Origin: an uncultured Planctomycetota bacterium
Lineage (GTDB): Bacteria > Planctomycetota > Planctomycetia > Isosphaerales > Isosphaeraceae
Assembly (NCBI GenBank): GCA_963737655.1
Contig: CAVTTN010000002.1
Coordinates: 4,768,001 to 4,832,000, forward strand
Direction of reading: 5' to 3'
DNA: 64,000 bases
Shown here: positions 41,860-52,221 of the stretch, piece after piece
Numbering within the stretch: position 1 is the stretch's first letter
Layout: each line of letters begins with the position of its first letter
The notes under the pieces: model-generated
What the model saw: the letters and a program-made list of their open reading frames with translations, nothing else
Database searches by the model: none
Told to the model about the DNA's origin: nothing
Position numbers and translations under genes: made by a program

Positions 41860-43951
41860 TTGGACTCGGTGAAAAAGTCCTGCTCACCCTGCTGATCTCC
41901 GCCCTCTTCGCCCCCTCCGCCCTCGCCCAGCAAGCCCCGGACGACGCCGAGATCCGTCGCGCGATCGACAAGGGCGTGGCGTATCTCCGGGAGACCCAGG
42001 ACCCCTCGGGCCGATGGAATTTCTCGTTCAATCACGACCACGCCCTGGGCATCACCGCGCTGGCCGGGCTCGCCCTGATGGAGAACGGCGTCGATCGCGA
42101 CGACCCGGCCATCGTGAAGGCGGACAGGGTCGTCCGGTCGCTCGTGGCCCGCTCGGACCAGACCTACGACGTGACCCTGGCGATCCTGTTCCTCGCCCGG
42201 AGGATGCCCGGGAGCCGCGGCGAGGACGACGACCTGATCCGCGACCTCGGCGCCCGACTCGCCGCCGGACAGGGCAATGGGATGTGGTCGTACAACCTGC
42301 CGATGGGCTCCGGCTCGGGCTCCGGATCCGGCTCCGGCGCCGGCCGGAAGAGGCGAAACGGCGGGACGATCGGCGGCCCCGGCGACAACTCGAACACCCA
42401 GTTCGCGCTGCTGGGGATCTGGACCGCCACCCGCCACGGGTTCGCCGGCAATGACGCCCTGGCGGCGATCGACGAGCATTTCCGCTCCACCCAGAACCCC
42501 GACGGGCGATGGAGCTACGGCGCCAGCGGCCCGGGGGCCGACGCCATGACCTGCGCCGGGCTGATGGGCCTGGCCATCTCCGCCGCCCGTCCCGAGAAGG
42601 CCGAGAAGCAGACCGCCCGGGCCCGGGCGCGGCGCTCGCCGCCGACCCGGCGTTCGTCAAGGGACTGGCCGCCGTCTCGGCCGACGCCCGACGGCTCGAC
42701 GCCGGTTCGGACATCTATTACCTCTGGTCGATCGAGCGCGTTTGTGTCGCCCTGGGGCAGAAGAAGCTCGACGGCTTCGACTGGTATGCCAAAGGGGCCC
42801 GGGAGCTCCTCGGCCGCCAGCAGGCCGACGGCTCGTGGCCCCAGGGCCGATGGGGCGCCCTGCCCGACACGTGCCTCGCCCTGCTGTTCCTCCGCAAGGC
42901 GAACCTGGCGTTCGAGCTCGACCGCGTCCTGAAGCTCCCCGACCCCGACCGCCCCGCCAGGCCCGCCGGCGAGAAGGCCCCCGAGCCGCCGAAGGCCCCA
43001 AGGGGCGACGGCGGCGACGCCGAGGTGATCGTCCGAGGGACCTCCGAGCGCGAATTCCCCGAGATCGCCCTGGATTTCGAGCTCAAGGCCGCCGACGGCC
43101 AGGCGATCCTCGACGCGACGAAGGACGACTTCCGCGTGACCGAGTACGGCGAGCCCGTCGAGATCCGCAGCTTCCGCAGCCCCTTGAGCAAGGAACCCAG
43201 GCCGACGACCGTGGTCCTGGTCCTCGACCGCAGCAAGAGCATGGAGGAAGAAGACCGGATCGGCGGGCTGAAAAAGGCCGTGGGCAGCTTCCTCGCCAAT
43301 CAACCGGCCGGTTCGCGAGTGGCCGTGATCGCGTTCGGATCGGAAGTCGATCTCATCTGCAACTTCACCGACGACGCCGGCAAGGTCCAGAAGGCCGTGG
43401 ACTCGCTCACCCCCGGGGGCGCCATGCGCTATTACGACGCCGTGAGCGAGGCCGTAAAGCTCCTGGCCAGGGAACCCGGCCGCCGCGCGATCCTCGCCAT
43501 GACCGACGGCGAGGACACGTTCAGCCAGACCGCCACGCTGAAATCGGTCGTCAACGAGGCCCGCAACGAGGGGCTGCCGGTCCACACCCTGGGGCTCGGC
43601 TCCGAGGACGAGATCGCCACCGACGACCTCAAGGCCCTGGCCGACGGCACCCGGGGCCAGTTCTTCGCCGCCACCCAGGCCGAGGGCCTCCGCGCCATCT
43701 ACGAGGAGATCGCCAAGGGGCTGGGCCAGGCGTATTCCCTGACGTACCGGACCGACCGCAAGCTCCCCGACGGCACCCTCCGGCCGATCACCGTCTCCTA
43801 TCGCAAGAGTGCGAAGGTCGGGACGGCGCAGGTCTACATCCCGGGGATGGTCGTCCCGGCGGCGGGCTGGTCGCCTTTGTTCCTGATCCTGGTCGCGGGC
43901 CTGACGTTCCTGGCGATCCTCCCGGGTCGCCTGCGCCGGCGGGCCGGTTGA
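41860..43951 (+). CDS. Exported prenyltransferase/squalene-cyclase (QW) repeat + VWA protein with C-terminal TM (frameshift near 42625, possibly also near 41873)
   Basis: Signal peptide ending SALA; QxxxGxW repeats; DNSNTQFALL; YYLWSIER; VWA VLDRSKSM...MTDGED; TM followed by RRR. Confidence 0.82.
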
Positions 43952-43957
43952 GAATTC

Positions 43958-44267
43958 GGAGGATGAACCGCCAAGACGCCAGGATCGCCAAGGAAAGAGG
44001 AAGACGAGAGAGGAGTCTCGGAGTGAAGCGGCCGAGGCAGACTCAGGGCCTTCGGCAAGACGCAGATTACGCAGATTACGCAGATTAAATTCACGGATCT
44101 TTATTTCATTAATCTGCGTAATCTGCGTAATCTGCGTCTTGCCGAAGGCCCTTCCTGAATGGATTGTTTTGATCGAAGTGCCTACTCTTCATGATGTTTA
44201 AAAATTGGCATTCTAAACAATCTTGCTCTTTCCTTGGCGATCCTGGCGGCTTGGCGGTTCATCCTCC
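43958..44267. repeat. Nested inverted repeats built from 9-mer tandem units
   Basis: Outer 42-bp inverted repeat (43958-43999 and 44226-44267, one mismatch, CGCCAAGAC-like units); inner perfect 44-bp inverted repeat (44045-44088 and 44109-44152, 3x ACGCAGATT). Confidence 0.92.
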
Positions 44268-44315
44268 CCGGAGATTCGACGCTTGACCCCGCCGCCGATC
44301 CGTTATCCGCTGCCG

Positions 44316-45197
44316 ATGCTGCTGGCGATCCTCGTCCTCGGCCTGCTGGCGTGGAAGGGGGAGGCGTGGTCCCGGCCGTGGCGGGAGGCGATGGCGTCGG
44401 GCCTGGATCGGGCCGTTCATGGGCCGCCTCCCCCGGCCTCGACGGCCCCCCAGCGCCTCGCCGGCCCGGTGACCCGGCGGGTCCTGCTGCTGGAGCCGGG
44501 CGTGGCCGCCACCGATCGGCCCGAGGGCTCGACCGTCGAGACGATCCGGTCGCGGATGTTCGCCGACGTGTTCGACGTCTGGCCCCGATCCGGCCCGCCG
44601 ACCCATTTTCGGATCGGCAATCGCCGGGCGATCGGCTGGGTGCCCGCCTCGAAGGCGCTGGAATGGAGCTCGCGATTGACCGTGCGACCCGCCTCGGGCT
44701 CGCTGGCCCTGGCCGATTCTCCCGGAGGGGTGGCCGGGGCGGCCCAGGCGGTGGCGGCGGTGCCGATGCCGGTCCTGGAGGTCCGGGCCGACGCGGTGAA
44801 GGTCGCGGCGTGGTCGGTGGAGAGGCCGTGGTCGGAGGTGGCGGCCGTCGGCTGGCTGCCCCGGGGCGAGGTCTCCGACGAGTCGTGGGGCGTGTGGCTC
44901 AACCGCGACGAATTGCTCGCCCTGATGGGCCGGGCCCTGAATCCCGACGGCTCGGAGCCGATCGAATCGGCCTCGTGGAAGGCGATCACCGGCCGACCGA
45001 CCGACCCTCGCCCTCTTTCCAACACGGACCGCAAGGCGGTCGCCGCCTGGCTCGGGCCGATCCCGAACTCGACGGCCCGCCCGGACCCCTCGGCGCTGTC
45101 CGAGGCGCTGGCGAGGGTCAATGAGCAATGGTCTGCCGAGGCCTCGTGGGGCGGCCTGGAGTTCCGCGCGGTCCCTCTGAGCCTGTTTCCCCGGTAG
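44316..45197 (+). CDS. Membrane-anchored hypothetical protein
   Basis: N-terminal hydrophobic anchor; RRVLLLEPG...IGWVPASKALEW segment. Confidence 0.62.
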   Translation: MLLAILVLGLLAWKGEAWSRPWREAMASGLDRAVHGPPPPASTAPQRLAGPVTRRVLLLEPGVAATDRPEGSTVETIRSRMFADVFDVWPRSGPPTHFRIGNRRAIGWVPASKALEWSSRLTVRPASGSLALADSPGGVAGAAQAVAAVPMPVLEVRADAVKVAAWSVERPWSEVAAVGWLPRGEVSDESWGVWLNRDELLALMGRALNPDGSEPIESASWKAITGRPTDPRPLSNTDRKAVAAWLGPIPNSTARPDPSALSEALARVNEQWSAEASWGGLEFRAVPLSLFPR

Positions 45198-45601
45198 GAC
45201 CGACTTCGGGCCATTCCGCGTAACGGCCCGCGATCGGGGGACTTGCGACCGCCCCGGCCGGATGTGACGATCCGGCCCGACCCGGCAAGCCGCGGAAACC
45301 TTGCCGGTTGGCATGGTCGATGCAACCCTGCCGCTGGCCCGCCGAGGACTCCCGGCCGGTCGATCCGTTCGGCCGGGGACCGCCCGCGCCTCGTCTCCCT
45401 CAGGATGGCCCGCGACCGCCTCATCCCGGACGGCCCGGCCGCCCGGAACCGTCGGCACGACCCCACCGTCTCGGGGGTCTGGAGAAGGTTTGCGGTCAAG
45501 AGGGCGGGAGATTCGGGCGATCCAGAGTCTACTGATCGCCGTTGAGTCGAGTCGCCTCGATCTCCGGCCACCCGAATGGTTTTCACCCGCGGAGAGGAGT
45601 C

Positions 45602-47677
45602 ATGAAACACCGGACCCGCGCCTTGTCACTCGCCCTGATGGCGGGATGGGCGGCGAGCCTCGGGGCTGCCCCCGCCACGCCCACGTATATCGGCATCGAT
45701 GCCACGATCGCCAGGATCCAGGCCGATTGGGCGAAGCCCGGGGCCACCGCCGGCCCCAACGCCCCCGGTTGGAACGCCCTGTTCGACGCGATCCGCCAGG
45801 ACCTCGCGGCCTACGGCTCGGCCCGGACCGAAGACGAGAGGCTCGCGGCCCTGGGGCAAATCTACCGCGTCTCGGTCTCGCTCGAAGGCGCGAGCTGGCC
45901 CCCCGCGGCCGACCTCCGCGAGGAGATCCGCCACTGGCTCCGCCCCCGGGTCGCCCTGGCCTGGGCCGAGCGCCGGCTCGTCGAATCGGTCCGCGGCCTG
46001 CCCGCGACGGCCGATTCGGGCGCCCAGGGCAACCGCGACCGCTGGATGAAGTTCATCGGCGATGACCTCGGCACCGCCCTCCGCGAGTACGAGGCCGCCA
46101 CCGAGGTCCGCCAGAAACGGACCGCGCTGGGACGCGTCTACTCGAACCTCAACGCCCTCCAGAAGACCAATCGGACGAACCCGTGGGGGCCGTCGATCGA
46201 GCTCCAGACGGCCCTGAACGACCTGTTCAACGGCCCGAACCTCCAGGCCACGGCCGACTCCGCGTCGGTCTCGCCCCGGCTGGCGAACTTCGTCGTCGAG
46301 AGCGGCCCGGTCACCCGGAACGGACAGACGGCGTATGTCACCGCCGGGCCGTACCTGGGCTTCGGCCTGATGGCCAGCGACGACGGCATCATGTTCTTCA
46401 ACCGCCAGGCGCTCTCCAGCGTCACGCCGATCAACGGCTTCCAGCAGCAGGTCGGCCAGGACGCCCAGGGCAAGAAGGCGGCGAAGCTCTACCGGTTCGA
46501 CGCCACGTCGTATGACCAGTCCGTCCTCACGGTGATCGCCGTCCTGAGGCCGACCGGCCTCCAGCTCTTCCCGGAGAGCTCGCACCAGATCAGCGCGACG
46601 GTCGGCTCGGTCCCCCAGCCGGGCAAGGGGCTGGCCCGGGGGATCGCCTCGCTCGTGGGCCTGAACCAGACGAAGATCACGAGCAAGGTGTACCAGGGGG
46701 CGATCGGCCAGATCCAGTCCGGCGTCGTCGAGGGTTCGAAGGAGGAGGCCGCCGAGAAGGCCGGGCAGAAGGCCGCCCAGACCAACGCCCAGCTCGCCGG
46801 CGTGTTCGTCGGCTCGGACCGCCTGGATGTCAAGAACTTCGAGATCGACGGCCTGAAGCTCCGCTCCCGGCCCGAGTTCGTGATCGTCGACGGCAAGGTC
46901 ACGTGGAGGGGGGCCGAGGAGCAGGTCGGCGCCGAGTTCCCCAAGCCCACGAAGTTCCAGCAGGCCCAGTCGGGCATCTCGGCCGACGTCCACCTCGGCT
47001 CGGTGATGACCAACCTGGCTCGCGGCTACCTCCAGGGCGACGTGGCCCAGAGCGTCGAGAACCTGATGGTCGTGACCAAGAAAGTCCCGCCCGGGACGCC
47101 GCCGGCCCAGGGGATCGCGACCGAGCGGAACGTCGATTTCCCGACGTTCCTCAAGGCCGTCGAGGAGGCCCAGAAGGCGAATGACCCGAACGTGATGGCC
47201 CTGAGGGTGAAGCGGCCGGGCCGGTCTCCCGAGTTCTCGGTCGATCGCAACGGCTATCTCGTGGCGCTGGTCCACGACTTCCAGCTCGACGTGCCGGCGC
47301 CTCCGTCGGCGGCGAAGGGGGGGCTGTCGGGGCCTCCGGCGAAGGTCTATCGGATGACCGCGCCCGACGCCGAGTTCGCGATCTCGTTCCAGGTCACCCC
47401 GGCCACGGGCGACGTCCCCATCAAGCTCGCCGGGCGGATCGAAGGGTTCGACGCCGGCCCGGGCGCCGAGGTCCTGGCGATCAACGACGACGAATCGAAG
47501 GCCGTCCCCCTGACCGCCTTCACCCGGACGCTCGTCCTGAACGTCTTCGGCAGCCGCCTGAAGGGCCGGCCGATCGACGCCCCCCTCGGCGACCTGAACT
47601 TCCCGGGCTTCACGCTGACCTCGGTCTCGCCCGTCGATCCCACCGGCTGGATCCGCGTCGTCCTGACGCCCCAGTAA
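45602..47677 (+). CDS. Large exported hypothetical protein (691 aa)
   Basis: GAGGAG RBS; signal peptide; long clean ORF with no recognised motif. Confidence 0.8.
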   Translation: MKHRTRALSLALMAGWAASLGAAPATPTYIGIDATIARIQADWAKPGATAGPNAPGWNALFDAIRQDLAAYGSARTEDERLAALGQIYRVSVSLEGASWPPAADLREEIRHWLRPRVALAWAERRLVESVRGLPATADSGAQGNRDRWMKFIGDDLGTALREYEAATEVRQKRTALGRVYSNLNALQKTNRTNPWGPSIELQTALNDLFNGPNLQATADSASVSPRLANFVVESGPVTRNGQTAYVTAGPYLGFGLMASDDGIMFFNRQALSSVTPINGFQQQVGQDAQGKKAAKLYRFDATSYDQSVLTVIAVLRPTGLQLFPESSHQISATVGSVPQPGKGLARGIASLVGLNQTKITSKVYQGAIGQIQSGVVEGSKEEAAEKAGQKAAQTNAQLAGVFVGSDRLDVKNFEIDGLKLRSRPEFVIVDGKVTWRGAEEQVGAEFPKPTKFQQAQSGISADVHLGSVMTNLARGYLQGDVAQSVENLMVVTKKVPPGTPPAQGIATERNVDFPTFLKAVEEAQKANDPNVMALRVKRPGRSPEFSVDRNGYLVALVHDFQLDVPAPPSAAKGGLSGPPAKVYRMTAPDAEFAISFQVTPATGDVPIKLAGRIEGFDAGPGAEVLAINDDESKAVPLTAFTRTLVLNVFGSRLKGRPIDAPLGDLNFPGFTLTSVSPVDPTGWIRVVLTPQ

Positions 47678-47696
47678 CGGGCAGGAAAGGCCCATC

Positions 47697-47784
47697 GGGT
47701 GGCATGCCCACGGCTTCGTGGGCATGTTTTTCCTTGGCGAACCGGAATCGAAGACATGCCCACGAAGCCGTGGGCATGCCACCC
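47697..47784. repeat. Family C palindromic doublet
   Basis: GGGTGGCATGCCCACGGCTTCGTGGGCATGT with its inverted partner ending at 47784. Confidence 0.88.
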
Positions 47785-47849
47785 CGAAGGCGGTTGACGC
47801 CCTTCTAGAATGGGGTGCCGCGACCCCGCCACCCTTGCAGGAACCGCCC

Positions 47850-48521
47850 GTGCTGGCCATCTTCGATCACGACGGCGTGCTGGTCGATTCCCTCGCGATG
47901 CACCAGGCGGCCTGGCTGGAACTCGGCCGCCGCGAGGGCCTTCCGCTGACCAACGAATTCATCCACGAGACGTTCGGGATGACCAACCCGAGCATCTTCC
48001 GCAAGCTCCTGGGCGAGACGATCGCCGAGGCCGAGATCGCTCGACTCGGCCGGATCAAGGAGCAATGCTATTTCGATGGGGCCCGCGGCAAGATCGCGCT
48101 GATGGCCGGGGTCCGCGAGCTCCTGGACGGCCTGACCGCCGCCGGGGTCAAGCTGGCGATCGGCTCCAGCGGGGTCTTGCCGAACCTGTTGCTGACGGTC
48201 GAGGAATCCGGGCTGGTCGGCCGGTTCTCGGCGATCGCGTCGCTCGAAGACATCACCCATGGCAAGCCGGACCCCGAGGTCTTCCTCCGGGCGGCCGAGA
48301 AATCCGGCGAATCGCCGGCCGATTCGGTCGTGTTCGAGGATGCGCCGGTGGGCATCCTCGCCGCGAAGGCCGCCGGGATGAGGGCCGTGGGCGTGGGGAC
48401 GACTCACCCTCTGGAGAGCCTGACCGCCGCCGGGGCCGATGAGGTCGTGCCGGACCTCGTCGGCTATCCCGTCGGTCGGCTCGTCGAATTCCTTCGCCGG
48501 GGCGCCGTCACTTCGCGGTGA
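47850..48521 (+). CDS. HAD family phosphatase (beta-PGM-like)
   Basis: IFDHDGVLVDS, GSSG, GKPDPE, VFEDA. Confidence 0.9.
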   Translation: MLAIFDHDGVLVDSLAMHQAAWLELGRREGLPLTNEFIHETFGMTNPSIFRKLLGETIAEAEIARLGRIKEQCYFDGARGKIALMAGVRELLDGLTAAGVKLAIGSSGVLPNLLLTVEESGLVGRFSAIASLEDITHGKPDPEVFLRAAEKSGESPADSVVFEDAPVGILAAKAAGMRAVGVGTTHPLESLTAAGADEVVPDLVGYPVGRLVEFLRRGAVTSR

Positions 48522-49868
48522 GCGCCTTGAGGGCCTCCCGGGCGTCGTCGGCGTGGCGGATCGAGAAGTGCGGGTTGATCTCCAGGGCCTTCGCCAGGGC
48601 CTCGCGGGCCTCGCGGTCCCGGCCCAGGGCCTTCAGGATCATCCCCGAGTGATAATACAGGCGGGCGTCCTTCGTCCCCAGGCGGAGGCTCTCGGCGGAG
48701 TGCCGCGCGGCCTCCTCGTCCTGACCTTTCTTGTGGAGGGCCCAGGCCAGGGTGTCGTGGCCGAAGAGGTCGGGCCTGGCGGCGAAATCCTCGATCGCCA
48801 GGACCAGCGCCTCATCCACGTCTCGGCCGGAATCGGCGAGGTACAGCGACCGTTCGCGGCGGTATTCGGCGTACTTCGCCAGGGTTTTTTCCAGCCTGTC
48901 GAACGTGGTCCGGGCGGCCTCGGCCTTGCCGGCCTTCTCCTGGAGCTGGCCGAGGGCCAGGAGCATCGGCGGCTCGGCGGCGATCCCGACGGCCTTCTCG
49001 TACTGGGCGATCGCCGGCTCCAACTTCCCGCGGGCGGCCAGGACCTTGCCGAGATTGGCGGTGGCGTCGTGATGATTGGGGAAATCCTTGAGGATGGCCC
49101 GATACCTGGCCTCCGCCTCGTCCAGCCGGCCCTGGTCAAACAGGACGTCGCCGAGCCGGACGTCGTACCACGTCGCCGCGTCGCGAGACGAGGCCGAGGC
49201 CGCTTCCTGGTCCCTGGCCGTCGAGAGCAGGCGGACGGCGGTGTCCGTCTGGCCGCGGAGCTCGGCGAACCGGGCGAGCCGGGCGAGGATCGGGGCTGAG
49301 GGGGCCTTGCCGGCGAGCTTGCGGACGATCGCCTCGGACTCGTCGTACTGGCCGAGCTCGAGGTCAGCGTCGGCCAGGACGGCCTGGGCGACCTCGTTCC
49401 TGGGGTTCTCGGCGAGGACGGCCCGGGCCACGTCGCGGCTCTCGGCGAACTTGTGGCGATCGCCCAGGACCGAGGCGAGCGAGGCGAGCGCCCGGGGATA
49501 CTTCGGCGCGAGGCGGACGGCCCTTCGGAGGCACTCCTCGGCCCTGGCGTACTCGTCCAGGTCGGCCGCCTCGACGGCCTTGCGGACGTGCCATTCGCCC
49601 AGCATGGTCAGGCTGGCGAAGTCCTTCGGGTTGGCGGCGACTCGCTTCTCGAACAGCGTGATCCCGGCGTCGGTCGAGACGCGGAACCGCGCCAGGCCGG
49701 GGGCGTCGCGGTCGTCGGCGTCGTCGGGCGGGGGGAGCTTGTCCCGGGCGTCCCGGGGGGGAGATCGGGCCCGTCCTGCGCCATCGCCGGGAGGGCGAGG
49801 GCGCAGAGCAGGCCGATCGCGGCCGCCCAGGTCCCGGACCTGGGGCGGCGTCGGGTCATTCGGCTCAT
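48508..49868 (-). CDS. Exported TPR-repeat protein, apparent frameshift in the G run near 49757
   Basis: Signal peptide; TPR repeats; DTLAWALH and YYHSGMI, typical of DUF4331 partner proteins. Confidence 0.82.
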
Positions 49869-49887
49869 CGTCGGCCTCCCAGGCCCC

Positions 49888-50919
49888 CTAGTTCGCGGTG
49901 CCGAGGTACGGGAAGCCGCCCCGGAACGTGGAGTCGTTCCCCACGCAGTCGGTCGTGACCCCCGCGTTCTTCAGGAGGATCGAGAACTCGGTGTCGATCA
50001 CGTCGTCGGCCAGCATCCGCCCGTTGGGGAAGCCGGACTTGCTGGAGGTGTCGAACGTGTTCATGTCGGGGAGCAAGAGCGCGACGATCTGCGACGCCTC
50101 GGCGGGCGTGTTGCCGTCGGCCAGGAGCGACGCGGTGACGATCTGCCCGAACATGGCCGGGTCGGTGCTGGGCGTGCCGGCGTTGAAGGCGTCCTTCATC
50201 GGCGCGGGGATCAACGCCGTGTTGATCGCCGGGCGTCCCATCCGGTCGAACTGCTCGCCGGCTCCGTCGAGGGTGCGGGCCCAGACGCCGATCTTCGTCG
50301 ATTTCTTGCTCGCCTGGATCGCCTTGCTCGGCACTTCCATGACGATCGCCAGCACGTTCAGGCCCTTGAAGAAGTTCGACCCGGGATTGCAGAAATCCTT
50401 CGGGTTCAGGTCCGTCTTGAACATGTTGAAGGCGTTGAGGTCGAAGAAGAACGGGTCGTCATAGATATACGCCTGGGCCTGGCCGCCGGTCGAGAGCGCC
50501 TCCGTCTTGCCGGTCTGCCCTCGGGCGATCACCTTCGTCCGCCTCCCGCTGATGGTCTGCTCGATGACCATCTTCTGCACGCCCTTGCGATTGGGCGCCG
50601 AGAACGACACGTCGAACACCATATCTTCGACCGCGTCGCCGGTGTTATCGATCAGGAACTGGTACATGCCATCGGGGCTGAACATGGCCGGCCCGTTCAT
50701 CCCGGCCAGCGGGTAGACCGTCATGATCAGGACGGTCCGATCGGCGTGGGTCGGGGACTGGAAGACGTAGACGTCGTTGATGTCCAGCTCGTGATTCGTC
50801 TTGACCTTCGGCGAATCGAGGTGGTCGGCGGCCCGGGCCGACGGGATGAAGAGGGCCGCGGCCGTCGCCGCCACGAGGACGGCGCGGGAGAGTGCGCCAA
50901 ACCCGGATCGAGTCTTCAT
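49888..50919 (-). CDS. DUF4331 family exported protein
   Basis: AADHLDSP, DINDVYVF, DDPFFFD, DRMGRPAINT, NGRMLADDVID, FPYL. Confidence 0.9.
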   Translation of the reverse strand: MKTRSGFGALSRAVLVAATAAALFIPSARAADHLDSPKVKTNHELDINDVYVFQSPTHADRTVLIMTVYPLAGMNGPAMFSPDGMYQFLIDNTGDAVEDMVFDVSFSAPNRKGVQKMVIEQTISGRRTKVIARGQTGKTEALSTGGQAQAYIYDDPFFFDLNAFNMFKTDLNPKDFCNPGSNFFKGLNVLAIVMEVPSKAIQASKKSTKIGVWARTLDGAGEQFDRMGRPAINTALIPAPMKDAFNAGTPSTDPAMFGQIVTASLLADGNTPAEASQIVALLLPDMNTFDTSSKSGFPNGRMLADDVIDTEFSILLKNAGVTTDCVGNDSTFRGGFPYLGTAN

Positions 50920-51087
50920 TGGGGGGTCCCCGATAGTCCTGGTCCGCGTCATCGCGATCAGTTCACGGTCGTCAAGACCGCGAGTTCGGGTAAGATAATC
51001 CGGCCGATGCTCGCAATCCAGAAGGATGTGGGGATTTCTCGAATTTCCATCATACGCAACCGTCCCCTCCCTCGGGGACGGCCCGGA

Positions 51088-52068
51088 TCATCGCCAGTTC
51101 AGGAGGGTCAGGACCGTCGAAGGGGGCAGGTTCAGCGTCTTGGCCCCTTTCCCCTGGGCGTCGGCGATGGCCAGGTCGCACCCCCGGATCGCGTCGTTCT
51201 TCCGACCGGACGAGTCCCGGGAGCGGTCGAACAGGACGACGGCCACCCTCTTGCCGTCGGGCGACCAGCACGCCTCGAACGGGCCGTCTTCCCGGCGGTC
51301 GTCGAAGAAAAGGCGGGGATTCCGGCCGTCGACGTCCACGGCCCAGAGGGCCACGGTCGTCTCGGACCCCTTGCGGAACAGGAACGCCCGCTCCGAGGCC
51401 CGCAAGTAGACGACGGCCTTGCCGTCGGGCGAGATCCGATGCCGCCAGCAGAGCGTCGGCCCCTCGGACTTGCTCACGAGGGTCCAGGTCTTGCCGTCGA
51501 TCGTCACGGCGTAGACGCCCTGGACGACCTTGGCGTCTTTCGCCTCCGGAGGGACGTCCCGGGCCGAGTTGACGAGGAGGATCTTGCCGTCGAGCGACCA
51601 GTCGATCACCTCGTCCTCGTCGCCGATCGGCAACTTCTCGCGGCCCGAGCCGTCGGCCGAGACCTTCCACGTCCCCTCCCCCTTCGCGCTGACGATCAGG
51701 CTCCTGCCGTCGGCCGCCCAGTGGAGGTGGATCACGGAGTCTCCCTTCGACTCGACCAGCTTCCTCGACGTCCCGTCGGCGAGCTCGAAGAGTCGGACCG
51801 ACGCCTCTTCGAGGTCGATCGAGGCGATCGTCCGCCCGTCGGGAGACACCCGGGCCGTCGGGCCCGCCCCCTTCAGGACGCTCGTCCAGGTCCCCTGGTC
51901 CGGGTCGATCGCCAGGACGCCCCGGATCGTCTCGCCGCCGACGATCATCTCCTCGACGTGGGCGAAGATCGTCCCGCCGGCCTTCGCCTCGTCGCCGAAT
52001 GCCGACCATGCCGAGGCGGCCAGCCCGCCGAGTCCCAGCCGCAAGACGCCTCGCCGGGTCGTGGCCAT
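51088..52068 (-). CDS. Tat-exported TolB-like (PD40) beta-propeller protein
   Basis: TRRGVL twin-arginine signal; WSPDGK/SPDG repeats. Confidence 0.78.
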   Translation of the reverse strand: MATTRRGVLRLGLGGLAASAWSAFGDEAKAGGTIFAHVEEMIVGGETIRGVLAIDPDQGTWTSVLKGAGPTARVSPDGRTIASIDLEEASVRLFELADGTSRKLVESKGDSVIHLHWAADGRSLIVSAKGEGTWKVSADGSGREKLPIGDEDEVIDWSLDGKILLVNSARDVPPEAKDAKVVQGVYAVTIDGKTWTLVSKSEGPTLCWRHRISPDGKAVVYLRASERAFLFRKGSETTVALWAVDVDGRNPRLFFDDRREDGPFEACWSPDGKRVAVVLFDRSRDSSGRKNDAIRGCDLAIADAQGKGAKTLNLPPSTVLTLLNWR

Positions 52069-52221
52069 CTCCCGCCTCCTCGATTCGGATCGCGCCATCC
52101 CGGGACATTAGACAGTTGTCCGAGCCTGAGGGTCAAGCGGATTGTGTTCGGCCTTCGGCGCGGCTAGGCTTGGGCGGGTTTTCCGGGCTTCTTGAGGGGT
52201 CGATCCGTGGCCGAGATCGGG

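Noticed and set aside
25239..45197. A T3SS or T6SS locus
   Set aside because: Only accessory-like components are present (SycD-like, FHA, kinase, VWA); no structural secretion genes.
48508..50919. DUF4331 + TPR pair as a novel system
   Set aside because: A commonly seen gene pair, with nothing unusual here.
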